DNA of 63,839 bases, filler included, from Acidimicrobiia bacterium (GTDB lineage: Bacteria; Actinomycetota; Acidimicrobiia; Spongiisociales; JAENVV01): NCBI GenBank assembly GCA_041577335.1. It is 3 parts of 3 records of this genome, joined end to end, with 100 filler letters (N's around TTAATTAATTAA, not from the genome) between each part and the next. Parts side by side here need not be neighbours in the genome. Positions count along the whole stretch, not along the records: positions 1 to 23,550 come from JBFGJH010000055.1; 2 more parts are not named here. One strand, given 5' to 3'. Both the position numbers and the translations under genes were made by a program. Below, one piece after another: positions 1-9,656 of the stretch (position 1 is its first letter; every line of letters begins with the position of its first letter). Under the pieces are notes generated by a model. The model was given only the letters and a program-made list of their open reading frames with translations. It did no database searches and was not told the origin of the DNA.

Positions 1-2
1 GA

Positions 3-896
3 GCCTCCGCCCCCGAATCCTCGGTTGCCTATGCGTCCCAGCAAGCCCATTCCTCGATCGAGAAGGGCGCCAAGGTCGCCGGGATCAGGCACATTCGGCT
101 CATCGATGTCGATGAAGACTTGGCGATGCGGCCCGACGCTCTGGGCGACCAGATCCGCCACGATGTTGCTGCGGGGCTCACTCCGGCATGGGTGTGCTCT
201 GCCGTTGGGACGACCGGCACCACTGCGGTCGATCCGGTCAGGGCGATAGGCACGATCGCCCGTAGCCATGGCCTATGGCATCACGTCGACGCGGCCTTCG
301 CCGGGTCGGCGATGATCTGCGAAGAGTTCCGGCATTTCCAAGATGGCTTGGAGATGGCCGACAGTTACACGTTCAATCCCCACAAGTGGCTGATGACCAA
401 TTTCGACTGCTCGGTGCTTTTTGTGGCAGATCGTGGTCCGCTGCTCGATACGATGAGCATCCTCCCGCCCTACCTCCGCAACTCTGCCTCCGAGTCTGGA
501 GAGGTGATCGACTACCGCGACTGGCATGTTCCGCTGGGTCGCCGCTTCCGAGCGCTGAAGCTCTGGTTCGTGCTCCGCGCCTACGGTGCACAGGGACTCC
601 GGGCGGTCATCCGCGAGCATGTTGCGGCAGCCGGCGAGCTGGCCGGGAACCTCGCCGCTGATCCCCGCTTCGAGCTGGTGGCGCCCGTCCCGTTTTCCCT
701 TGTCTGTTTCCGGCATGTCGACGGCGACGCGGCGACCGATGCACTGGCTGCTGCCGTCAACGAGGAGGGTCCTGCATTCCTGACTCCGTCGAAGCTGCCC
801 GACGATTCCTCCTTCATCCGTGTGTCGATCGGCCAGACCAACACCCGCCGCGAGCACGTCGTGGCGTTGTGGGAGATGTTCGACCGGCTTGCGTGA
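3..896 (+). CDS. Group II PLP-dependent (aromatic L-amino acid type) decarboxylase, 5' truncated by window edge
   Basis: Frame open from nt 3 (AYASQQAHSSIEKGA); motifs GTTGTTAVD, HVDAAFAG, NPHKW (PLP lysine), LGRRFRALKLWF. Confidence 0.9.
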   Translation, partial: ASAPESSVAYASQQAHSSIEKGAKVAGIRHIRLIDVDEDLAMRPDALGDQIRHDVAAGLTPAWVCSAVGTTGTTAVDPVRAIGTIARSHGLWHHVDAAFAGSAMICEEFRHFQDGLEMADSYTFNPHKWLMTNFDCSVLFVADRGPLLDTMSILPPYLRNSASESGEVIDYRDWHVPLGRRFRALKLWFVLRAYGAQGLRAVIREHVAAAGELAGNLAADPRFELVAPVPFSLVCFRHVDGDAATDALAAAVNEEGPAFLTPSKLPDDSSFIRVSIGQTNTRREHVVALWEMFDRLA

Positions 897-945
897 AGCC
901 GGCCCGCTCGGTCTAGATTTGGAGTCCGCGCGAAAGAGGCGCTCG

Positions 946-2097
946 ATGAGCAACTGGCCCGGCGTAGGCGTAACCCAAACGCAGTTTCTGGATTACCCGG
1001 ACGAATTGCTGCCGTTCAAGCTGCAGTCCGGGGAAACACTGCCCGAACTGCGCTTGGCCTATGAGCTCTATGGTGAGGTCAACGCCGACCGCTCCAACGT
1101 CATACTCGTCTTCCATGCCCTCACGGGCAGCCAGCATGCCAGCGGATGGACCGAATCGGTGCCCGGTGTCGACAAATGGTCAGAAGAGTGCCAGACCGGC
1201 TGGTGGTCGGGATTCGTCGGCCCCGGCCTTGCCTTCGACACGAATGACTACGCGGTCCTGTGCGTCAATTATCTCGGCGGTTGCTACGGGTCCACCGGGC
1301 CTTCTTCGATCGACCCCCGGACCGGCAAGCCATATGGTGGATCGTTCCCCGAGCTCACTCTGTCAGACATCGTTGACGCGCAACTTCCCCTCCTCGACCA
1401 CCTGGGGATCACGCGTCTGCATGCGGTGACCGGCGGGTCGGTGGGAGGCATGATGTGCCTCAGCCTGGCCACCCGTCACCCCGACCGGGTCTCCAAGGTC
1501 ATTCCCATCGCAGCCGGCCTCCACACGACGGCTCTGCAATTCGTGCATAACTTCGAGCAGACGAACGCGATCCTCAACGACCCCAACTACAACGGAGGCG
1601 ACTACTACGACGGTCAGCACCCAGACGAGGGGCTGTCATTGGCAAGGATGATCGGCCACAAGACCTTCGTGTCGCTCGACGCCATGCGCCTCCGGGCGCG
1701 GGGAGAAGTCAGCGGGGCGGGCCCGCCAGGATATGAGATGCGTCATCCGCTCGAGTCATACATGTGGCATCAGGGCCAGCGGTTTCTCGAGCGGTTCGAT
1801 GCCAATACGTATGTCCGCCTCATGACCGCCTGGCAGCACTTCGAGTTGGCGGCCGAGGCGGGGGTCGATTCGGTCGCCGAGGCTCTCGAGCGGTCGGTCG
1901 GCCATGAGTACCTTCTCTTCACGATCGACAGCGACGTCTGCTTCTATCCGGACGAGCAAGACGACATGCGCGACCAACTCGCGGCCGCGGGAGTGTCGGT
2001 GCGGCACGAGGTGGTGTCATCTGACAAGGGCCACGACGCGTTCTTGCTGGAGCCGCACCTCTTCGAGTCGACTTTGCAGGATTTCTTGAGCGCCTAG
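946..2097 (+). CDS. metX: Homoserine O-acetyltransferase (alpha/beta hydrolase fold)
   Basis: HALTG, NYLGGCYGSTGP, GGSVGGM nucleophile elbow, RFDAN, GHDAFL; ATG at 946. Confidence 0.9.
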   Translation: MSNWPGVGVTQTQFLDYPDELLPFKLQSGETLPELRLAYELYGEVNADRSNVILVFHALTGSQHASGWTESVPGVDKWSEECQTGWWSGFVGPGLAFDTNDYAVLCVNYLGGCYGSTGPSSIDPRTGKPYGGSFPELTLSDIVDAQLPLLDHLGITRLHAVTGGSVGGMMCLSLATRHPDRVSKVIPIAAGLHTTALQFVHNFEQTNAILNDPNYNGGDYYDGQHPDEGLSLARMIGHKTFVSLDAMRLRARGEVSGAGPPGYEMRHPLESYMWHQGQRFLERFDANTYVRLMTAWQHFELAAEAGVDSVAEALERSVGHEYLLFTIDSDVCFYPDEQDDMRDQLAAAGVSVRHEVVSSDKGHDAFLLEPHLFESTLQDFLSA

Positions 2098-4547
2098 GCG
2101 GGCAGGTTGCGTGGAGCGAAGGTCATCACGTCGGCGAGGCCGGTCGTTCCGATCTTCTCAACCCGGCCTTTGCCGAGCTTGAAGTTGTAACGGAGGCTGA
2201 TTGGCTGGAGCGACGAATCGCCTGGGGTCACCGAGTTCGCCGGACTTCCCGGATACAGGAAGTAGGTGAACGTCACTCCCGGAGGCACGATGTCGCTGAC
2301 ATAGGCCACCGCCGTGAAGGCTCCGCTGGTTGGATTTCCGAGCTGATCCCGGATGGAATCGGAGCTGATTGACAACAGGTCTCCGCTCACGATGCCGCCA
2401 GACCGGGCGTCTTCTTCGTTGATCTCCAGGAAGTTCATCGGCCAACGATCGACAGAGATGACCCGGCGAGCGTTGTCGAACAGGTTGTTCCACAGTGCAT
2501 TCACGCGCCCGTTCAGGACCCAAAGCTCTCCCGGCCCTGGGGCCAGGATGGCGTTTCGGGCATCGACTGCATCCCAGTCGGGAAAGACGAAGTTCAACTT
2601 GCCACTGTTCGTCTTCCACTTCATGTCTGCATGGAGGCGTGGTGTCTCGGCGAGCGCACCCGCTTCCAGACGCAGCGGCGTTTGCAAACCCTGCGTGCCG
2701 TAGGTGCGGAGGAGATCGTGACCTCGCTCTCCCTGTTGTTGCGCCAACTCCACCAATGCCAGGAAGTCCTGGCGCCCGCCCGACGAGGTCGGAGCGGCTT
2801 CCTCGAAGATCTCGTTGGAGTCACTCCAGTCGAAGCCGCTATAGCCCATCTTGCGGGCGACTTCGGCGAAGATCTGCCAATCGGGACGTGCGTCTCCCGG
2901 CGCGTCCATGAACTTCTCATAGATGCGAAGCCGGCGTTCGGCGTTGTTGCGGGCGAAGTCTTCTTCGCCCCAGGTGGCCGCGGGCAGGATGATGTCTGCG
3001 AAGGGGGTGGAATCGTTGTGATAGATCTCTTGATGGACCACCACCATGCCGCCCGCATCGATGCGGTCTCGCAGTTCGGCGAACGCGATGGCAGGTCTGG
3101 TCGATGTCACCGGTGGCCCTACGGTGGTGAGTTCCTCAACGCGGGCAGCGAGACCTTGGGAGGCGCCCATAGCGCCGATCCAGTTCGTCCCGACGATCCA
3201 CCGGAACCGAGTGTTGCCTTCGACCAGCCAGCGCTCCGTATCCATCTCGATGGGATTGCCTTGGTAGCTGTCGGGGGATTTCTCGATGGGATAGCCGGCT
3301 GCTTTCCGTCCGCCTCGCTGGTGCCCTCCCATGCGTCCAGTCGCTCTCCCCGGCTGTCCAGAGGAGCCCAGCACCACACCGAGGTTTCCGATCGCAGCGG
3401 TGTTCTCGTAATTGTGGGACCAGTAGAGACCCTTCTCGAACAACACCATCGCCTTGGGTCGTGCCGCTCCGCCTCCAGTCAGAATTGCGGCGGCCTGCCG
3501 GATCTTGTCCGCAGGCACGCCGGTGATGGCAGAGGCACCTTCGGGCGTGAACTCGTCGCGACTGAACAGGTAGTCCTGAAGCTCTTCGAATGTCCTACCG
3601 AAGAGTTGCCGGCGCCAGCCTGACTCACCGTCCAGTTCTTCACGATTGGCGACGTACTGGTCGATGAACTCCGTGTCCTCCCAGCCGTTGGCGATGATCT
3701 CGCGCACCAAGGCGTTGTAGAGGGCAACGTCGGTTCCTGGTCGGAGCTGAAGATGCAGTCCGCCGCGGCTTTCAGCAAAGGCCGCCGTAAACGTCTTCCG
3801 AGGATCGACGTAGATGATCGTTGCCCCGCCGGGTGCTTGGAATGTCGTGAAGCGCACCGTCTTGGTTTCGTACGGGTCGCTGCCGGCAATGAAGATGACG
3901 TCGGCCTCGGCGTCGTCTTCGAATGCAGATCCGAATGCATCGATGCCGGTGTCGGACAGGCCGGGGACATCATCACCATCAGCCGGAGCATGGTGAGGCG
4001 AGAAGTTGGGCGTGGCAATTTCCTTGAGCGCCAGCTTGCTGGCTGCGTACGTGTTCTCGTAGAACTCGTACGAGTAGATCTTCATGCCCCAGGCCAGCTC
4101 GCCATAGTTATCGATCACATGCCGTCCGAGGTCCGCAACGAGGTCGGTTGCCATCTCCCATGAGATCGGGACGAAATCGCCCCGGACCTTGAGCAGCGGG
4201 GTGGTGAGGCGATCGGAGGTGGGGCCGTCCTTGGTGTACACCTTCTTGGCAAGCGCTCCACCTCTGACAGAGTGGGTGCCTCCTTTGTTGACCACCTGCG
4301 AATCCCCGTCAGGCAGGATCAGGAGGTTGTGGGGGTGCCCAGAAAGCTCGATTACGTTGTGCATGGTTTCCGATGCCCACTTGCCGGAGAGCGGCAAGGT
4401 CGGTAAGTCCACCCCAAGCGCATTGTCAGACTCTGTGCCGTCTGTGCCGACGGGCCAGGTGTACACCTTGTATCCGCAAGCGATGGGGCAGTACTCGCAG
4501 CAGATGGACTTGATCGTGGCGTCGACGGGAGGGATCGGGACACTCAT
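2094..4547 (-). CDS. Molybdopterin oxidoreductase large subunit, arsenite oxidase/iodate reductase (AioA/IdrA) family, non-canonical
   Basis: C17-x2-C20-x3-C24...S93 [3Fe-4S] signature (CEYCPIACGYKVYTWP...HSVRGG), EKGLYW, RMGGHQ, ADIILPAATWGE, ERRLRIYEKFMDAPG, C-terminal NGRVN/YNFKLGKG. Confidence 0.9.
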   Translation of the reverse strand: MSVPIPPVDATIKSICCEYCPIACGYKVYTWPVGTDGTESDNALGVDLPTLPLSGKWASETMHNVIELSGHPHNLLILPDGDSQVVNKGGTHSVRGGALAKKVYTKDGPTSDRLTTPLLKVRGDFVPISWEMATDLVADLGRHVIDNYGELAWGMKIYSYEFYENTYAASKLALKEIATPNFSPHHAPADGDDVPGLSDTGIDAFGSAFEDDAEADVIFIAGSDPYETKTVRFTTFQAPGGATIIYVDPRKTFTAAFAESRGGLHLQLRPGTDVALYNALVREIIANGWEDTEFIDQYVANREELDGESGWRRQLFGRTFEELQDYLFSRDEFTPEGASAITGVPADKIRQAAAILTGGGAARPKAMVLFEKGLYWSHNYENTAAIGNLGVVLGSSGQPGRATGRMGGHQRGGRKAAGYPIEKSPDSYQGNPIEMDTERWLVEGNTRFRWIVGTNWIGAMGASQGLAARVEELTTVGPPVTSTRPAIAFAELRDRIDAGGMVVVHQEIYHNDSTPFADIILPAATWGEEDFARNNAERRLRIYEKFMDAPGDARPDWQIFAEVARKMGYSGFDWSDSNEIFEEAAPTSSGGRQDFLALVELAQQQGERGHDLLRTYGTQGLQTPLRLEAGALAETPRLHADMKWKTNSGKLNFVFPDWDAVDARNAILAPGPGELWVLNGRVNALWNNLFDNARRVISVDRWPMNFLEINEEDARSGGIVSGDLLSISSDSIRDQLGNPTSGAFTAVAYVSDIVPPGVTFTYFLYPGSPANSVTPGDSSLQPISLRYNFKLGKGRVEKIGTTGLADVMTFAPRNLPA

Positions 4548-5125
4548 GCGGACGCTCCCACCGCTTCGCCTCCGGAGAGGTTGTCAGCGAACCCATAAAT
4601 CAGCCGGATCACTCCCGTGGCGTACACGGCGTTGTCCTCGATGGCGAGGCTTATCTGGGGAAGGTTCTGGGTCGCCTGGCCGAGGACGACCTGGCCACCC
4701 TTCTGCAAGTCGAAGGTCGAGTAGTGACATGGGCAAGGACCAAGCACGCCGATCTCAGGCTTGTAGGCCTCGATGACGCATCCCATGTGGGTGCAGATGC
4801 GGGAGAACGCCACCAAATCTTCGCCCTCGCCGACGCCGCCGAGTATGGGCTGGTTGGCCTGGACGAGGAGGTTGGTCTGGCCAACTAGCGGATAGTCGAA
4901 GGTGACCGGTTCGGTGATCGGCAGATCGGCCACTTTCACACGCGGGAAGGTGGAAACGAGCGCAACCGGCGGTGGCGGGACGGTTCCTGGAGGCATCGTG
5001 GTCGTTGCCGTGGCGACTGTGCCATCGCTCTGCAACGACTGGGTAACGGGGATGACGACGCCCACCGCAGTAGTTGCTCCAACGGCGATGCCTGCCCACA
5101 AGAATTCCCGGCGCGTGATTTCCAC
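4544..5125 (-). CDS. Rieske 2Fe-2S small subunit with Tat signal (AioB/IdrB-like)
   Basis: TRREFL twin-arginine motif plus hydrophobic helix; CTHMGC...CPCH; GQATQNLPQ; 4-nt overlap with the large subunit. Confidence 0.9.
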   Translation of the reverse strand: MEITRREFLWAGIAVGATTAVGVVIPVTQSLQSDGTVATATTTMPPGTVPPPPVALVSTFPRVKVADLPITEPVTFDYPLVGQTNLLVQANQPILGGVGEGEDLVAFSRICTHMGCVIEAYKPEIGVLGPCPCHYSTFDLQKGGQVVLGQATQNLPQISLAIEDNAVYATGVIRLIYGFADNLSGGEAVGASA

Positions 5126-5249
5126 TGATGACTCCTCTTTTGCACGTGATCGTGCTGGCCCAGCATAGGAGCGGACAAGGGACCTATGGCCCCGTCATGG
5201 GGCCGTTGGTCACTGGAGCTCCTTCGGGTCTTCCGGGAGGCTGCCTGGC

Positions 5250-5711
5250 GTGGACCCGAAGACAACAGCCGACAACCAATCCCCTTCCTGGGCAACATTC
5301 CTCGCGGGCATCGGCATCGGCTTCGTGGTGGCGGTGACTTTGGGCCTTTCCGTGGCGCTTTTCGCGTCGGTGGGTGCCGAAGCCAGCCCTACAGCCATGG
5401 CGGATGATCCCGCTCTCGTCGTCAGCCAGGGTGAGGCGGCTGCCACGGCCTACGGGTGCGCTGCCTGTCACAGCGTCGATGGCACCCGCGGCATCGGGCC
5501 CTCCTGGCTGGCCGTGGCCGGGAGCGACCGTCCATTGGCGGACGGGACGTCCGTTGTGGCCGACACGGACTACCTGGTGGAGTCGATCCTCGATCCCAGT
5601 GCGCAACTCGTGGCAGACTTCGACGACGCGATGCCCAAGGGGCTTGGAGACGTCCTCAGTGCCGAAGACCTCGATGCGGTCGTCGCCTACATCGAGTCGC
5701 TGGGCGGATAG
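5250..5711 (+). CDS. Membrane-anchored monoheme cytochrome c
   Basis: N-terminal hydrophobic helix, CAACH heme motif, GPS, YLVESILDP...MP distal Met region. Confidence 0.85.
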   Translation: MDPKTTADNQSPSWATFLAGIGIGFVVAVTLGLSVALFASVGAEASPTAMADDPALVVSQGEAAATAYGCAACHSVDGTRGIGPSWLAVAGSDRPLADGTSVVADTDYLVESILDPSAQLVADFDDAMPKGLGDVLSAEDLDAVVAYIESLGG

Positions 5712-5714
5712 TCG

Positions 5715-6929
5715 CTACAGCGTCGACAGAGCCTCGAGCAGGCGATCGACTTCATCCACCGACGTGTAGTGCAGGAACCCGATCCGGACGAGCCCGCCAC
5801 TGTCGAGGAGGCCAAGGCTCTCCATGACCCCCACTGCGTAGTAGTGGCCGTCCCAGACGAAGATGCCCTGCTTGCCGAGGCGGGCGGCAACATCGCGGGC
5901 GCCCATGCCTGCCACGTCGATCGTGAAGGTCGGCACGCGACCGTCCATGGTCGCGATGCCGTAGAGCCGTATCCGGTCGATGTCCCTGGCTCCTTCCAGG
6001 AACCTTGCTCCCAGCATGAGCTCGTGCTCGCCGATGCCTGCGTAGGCGGCAGCCAGCTTGTCTCGCCGCGTCTCGCCTTCTCCGAGTGATGCGAGATAGT
6101 CGACGGCCGCCGTGACCCCCGCCAGGCTCTCGAAACTCTGCGTGCCGGTCTCCCACTTGGCGGGCCCGCTCGCAGGTGACGGCCGTACCTTGTAGGCGTC
6201 GAGAGTCTCCAACAGCTCGGGCCGTCCGTAGACCATCCCGGTATGGGGGCCAAAGAATTTGTAGGCCGACACGGCGAGGAAGTCGCAACCGATGGCGTCG
6301 ACGTCGATGAGACCGTGGGGGGCGTAGTGGACGGCGTCGACGTACACCAGGGCGCCGGCTGCGTGGGCGGCCGAGGTGATGGCGGCAACATCTACCACCG
6401 TTCCCAGAGCGTTCGACGCATAGGTCACGGCCACGAGCCGGGTGCGCGGCCCTATGGCATCGGCGACCGCTCGGGAATCGAGCGTGAACGTCTCGGTATC
6501 GAACGGCACCTCGGTGACGTCGACTCCGTGCTCTTCGGCAGCCAAGACCCATGGTGTTCGGTTGGCGTCGTGGTCGAGGGCGGTGACCACGATGTGATCG
6601 CCAGCGTTCCAGGTGCGTGAGAACGCTCGACTGAATGCAAACGTGAGGCTGGTCATGTTCTGGCCGAACACGATCGACTCCGGGCCGGCCGCCCCCAACA
6701 AATCTGCAACCGCTCGACGGGCTGCGTTGGTGGTCCGGATTGCGGCTCGACCCGCCGCGAACAGGGGACTCAGATTCGAGACACCGTCGGACAAGACGCG
6801 ATCCATCGCCTCGATCACCGAGGCGGGGACCTGACTCCCACCCGGGCCGTCGAGGTAACTCGCCTGATGGTCGCCGACCTCGCGGCGCAGTGCCGGGAAC
6901 TGTGCTCGGGTCGCGGCGATGTCAAACAT
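5715..6929 (-). CDS. Cysteine desulfurase-like protein (aminotransferase class V)
   Basis: YLDGPGGSQVP, LDHDAN, VDAVHYAPH, SAYKFFGPH, ETGT. Confidence 0.88.
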   Translation of the reverse strand: MFDIAATRAQFPALRREVGDHQASYLDGPGGSQVPASVIEAMDRVLSDGVSNLSPLFAAGRAAIRTTNAARRAVADLLGAAGPESIVFGQNMTSLTFAFSRAFSRTWNAGDHIVVTALDHDANRTPWVLAAEEHGVDVTEVPFDTETFTLDSRAVADAIGPRTRLVAVTYASNALGTVVDVAAITSAAHAAGALVYVDAVHYAPHGLIDVDAIGCDFLAVSAYKFFGPHTGMVYGRPELLETLDAYKVRPSPASGPAKWETGTQSFESLAGVTAAVDYLASLGEGETRRDKLAAAYAGIGEHELMLGARFLEGARDIDRIRLYGIATMDGRVPTFTIDVAGMGARDVAARLGKQGIFVWDGHYYAVGVMESLGLLDSGGLVRIGFLHYTSVDEVDRLLEALSTL

Positions 6930-7010
6930 ATGATGCTTCAGGAGTCATGGCCCCACGCTAAACGACTCGAGGGATCGGGCGGCGGCTGCGGTGGCCGATA
7001 GGCTGGCCGG

Positions 7011-7712
7011 ATGACAGGACAGATCAGAGATGTGACCATCGATGGGATCACGACGGTCACGATCGCCAACCCGGAACGGAAGAATGCCCTCACAGGCTCG
7101 ATGCTCGAATCGCTCGCCGAGGTCACCAGGACCGTATCTGGCGAGGTCGTGATCCTGTGGGGCGACGACGAGGTCTTCTGTGCAGGGGCGGACCTCGACG
7201 AGCTGGATGATGTGGCAAGAGCTGGTCTCCTCGAGGAGAAGCTGGCTGCTGCTGCTGATGCCATCGCCGGATGCCCGGTTCCGGTCATTGCGGCAATCGA
7301 AGGCCCCTGTCTCGGAGCGGCCGTGGAGCTGGCGGCTGCGTGTGACATCCGAGTCTCCAGCACGACCGCATTCTTCGAGGTGCCGGCTACTCGCCTCGGA
7401 ATCCTCTATCGACCCGAGGGACTACGAAGACTGTCCGTCCGGCTCGGGGCGCATGCGGTTCGTCGACTGCTCTTGGCGAACGAGAGAACGTCGGCGGAAG
7501 CGTTGGGGCCGTTTGTGTCGCCTCTCGTCCCGCCCGGGACGGCCTACCACGAAGCCAGTCGGATGGCCGGCCACATCGCCACCTTGTCCGGGCCGGCAGT
7601 GGCTGCGACGAAGTCCCTCCTCAACGAGATCGAGGAGGGCCGATTCGACTCCACTGCGTGGGAATCGGTCCGGGAAGACTTGCGGAGGCGGGCTCTCGGC
7701 CTCTCCGAGTAG
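7011..7712 (+). CDS. Enoyl-CoA hydratase/isomerase family protein
   Basis: NPERKNAL, FCAGADL, PVIAAIEGPCLG, ELAAACDIR. Confidence 0.85.
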   Translation: MTGQIRDVTIDGITTVTIANPERKNALTGSMLESLAEVTRTVSGEVVILWGDDEVFCAGADLDELDDVARAGLLEEKLAAAADAIAGCPVPVIAAIEGPCLGAAVELAAACDIRVSSTTAFFEVPATRLGILYRPEGLRRLSVRLGAHAVRRLLLANERTSAEALGPFVSPLVPPGTAYHEASRMAGHIATLSGPAVAATKSLLNEIEEGRFDSTAWESVREDLRRRALGLSE

Positions 7713-7715
7713 GCA

Positions 7716-8537
7716 CTAACGCTCCGACTCGAGCGGGTACCCGTTCATCATGCACCCGTCGAGCGATTTGGTCTGCTGCTGCATCACCGGTGCCGGCTCT
7801 CCGGCGGCCGGACAGCCGACATGTCCATGGCCCAGGCCGTGCCCGACCTCGTGGTTGATCACGTATTCTCGGTAGACGTCGAGTGACTCGGCGTACTCAT
7901 CGGTCCCGTGCTGCCATCGCCAGACATTGATCGCCGCCCGGGAGCCAGTCCAACACGAGAAGATGCCGTTGGTCTGCAATGGGGCACACTCGGCGTCGGT
8001 GAGGGCAGGGCTGAGGAGGGCGACCCGAAAGGCTACCGGCCCGGCGTCGACCCGCTGAAGCGAAAGCCGATCTCCGCCCCCCCAGCTTCTCTCGTCGCCG
8101 AGAACAGACTCGACAACATGCGCGAAGCAGGTTGGATCCACGGCCAACCCTTCTTCGACCTCCACGATATACCGGACGAGCGTGCCGCCTCCCGACGGCT
8201 CGGAGGTCCCGGTGACGACGACGGGATCGCCGGTGGGAGCGTGCTCACTGCCGGTCAGGCACCCATCGGAAAGTCCATCGAGCGAGGCAGTTCCGTCACC
8301 TGCCGGCACCGCAGCGGCGGTGCCCGCGTCGACCGACGGCCCAGATACCTCCGCAGAAGCGGTATCCGTCGTAGGCGCTGGTGCGGGGGTGTCGACGCTC
8401 GTCGGCTCATCGATTGCGAGTATCGACCGAGGGACTGCCGCTTGGTCGCCAGAGAGAGCAGCGATACCGGCGGCCACCGCAATCAGCGTCAGGAAGACAA
8501 CTGTGCCCAGTAGAGAACGTCTCGACATCGATGGCAA
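7716..8537 (-). CDS. DUF3152-family putative zinc metalloprotease, membrane anchored
   Basis: N-terminal TM helix, low-complexity linker, VLGDERSW, YVINHEVGHGLGHGH, PVMQQQT. Confidence 0.85.
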   Translation of the reverse strand: MPSMSRRSLLGTVVFLTLIAVAAGIAALSGDQAAVPRSILAIDEPTSVDTPAPAPTTDTASAEVSGPSVDAGTAAAVPAGDGTASLDGLSDGCLTGSEHAPTGDPVVVTGTSEPSGGGTLVRYIVEVEEGLAVDPTCFAHVVESVLGDERSWGGGDRLSLQRVDAGPVAFRVALLSPALTDAECAPLQTNGIFSCWTGSRAAINVWRWQHGTDEYAESLDVYREYVINHEVGHGLGHGHVGCPAAGEPAPVMQQQTKSLDGCMMNGYPLESER

Positions 8538-8590
8538 TGGTATTCGCCTGGAGCGACTCGATGTACACTGTGTGAACGATCGTTAACACC

Positions 8591-9646
8591 ATGAGCTCAA
8601 AGCAAGAAAAACTCCCGGCCCAAGCCGGTGTCACCGAGGTGGCGCCCAAGGTATTGCGCATTCAACTGCCGGTGCGTTTCACGGGCCTCGGTCATGTGAA
8701 CATGTACGTCCTCGAGGACTCCGAGGGCGCAACCATCATCGACCCCGGGTTGCCGACGCGTTCTTCGTGGAGAGCGATCACGGCCGGAATGGGCGAGGCC
8801 GGCATCCCCCTGCGCCGGGTCCATTCGGTCCTCGTCACGCATTCTCATCCTGATCACTTCGGCGGAGTTCGGCGTTTGCTGGGAGCCTCACACGCGACGA
8901 TGGTGGCGCACTCCCGCTATCGGACCTGGTGGCGACCCCACGGCCATATCGATGCCGACGACATCGGCGATGAAGCGCAGGCGATGGAACGCCGCGCTCG
9001 GTCAGGGGTGTATCCGTGGCATGACCCGGCCAAGGCGCGCGGATGGAGAGGGGCGTTGTCGGCGTTGGGCCCCAAGAACTTCTTTCTCGGCTCGATGCGG
9101 TCGCCGGTGCCCGATCGCCGGATTGCGGACGGCGAGGTCTTCGGCCTCGGCGGCACCGATTGGATCGGTGTTCACACCCCTGGTCACACCGGCGACCACC
9201 TGTGCCTTTTCGACCCCGCCGAGGGGACACTGATAACGGGCGATCATGTGCTGCCGTCGATCACGCCTCACGTGGGGGCGTTGGGCTCCGGCCCCGATCC
9301 ACTCGGCACGTATCTCGCCTCTCTCGACAAAGTCGCCAAGCTCGACGTGGACAAGGCGCTTCCCGCTCACGGGCAGCCGTTTGGCGCATTGGCGAACCGT
9401 GTCGAAGAGATCAAGCATCACCACGACAAGCGTCTGCGCCAGCTGACCGAGGCCGCCCGCGATCTGGGGCCTGCTACGGCGGAACAGTTCTCCCAGGTGA
9501 TCTACCCCCGGCGACTCTGGGGATACCTGGCCGAGTCGGAGACCTACGCCCACCTCATTCACCTGCAGGCATTGGGCAAGGCTGAACGCTCGGGGCCGGG
9601 TGGAATCTACTTCGCGATCGCAGCCGAAGGCGCCGTCTCGACGTAG
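8591..9646 (+). CDS. MBL-fold metallo-hydrolase
   Basis: THSHPDH, TPGHTGDH, GDHVLP, PAHG. Confidence 0.88.
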   Translation: MSSKQEKLPAQAGVTEVAPKVLRIQLPVRFTGLGHVNMYVLEDSEGATIIDPGLPTRSSWRAITAGMGEAGIPLRRVHSVLVTHSHPDHFGGVRRLLGASHATMVAHSRYRTWWRPHGHIDADDIGDEAQAMERRARSGVYPWHDPAKARGWRGALSALGPKNFFLGSMRSPVPDRRIADGEVFGLGGTDWIGVHTPGHTGDHLCLFDPAEGTLITGDHVLPSITPHVGALGSGPDPLGTYLASLDKVAKLDVDKALPAHGQPFGALANRVEEIKHHHDKRLRQLTEAARDLGPATAEQFSQVIYPRRLWGYLAESETYAHLIHLQALGKAERSGPGGIYFAIAAEGAVST

Positions 9647-9656
9647 AGTCCGGTCG

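Noticed and set aside
2094..4547. Calling this canonical aioA or idrA
   Set aside because: Active-site motifs differ from AioA and the idrP genes are not adjacent, so no gene symbol was assigned
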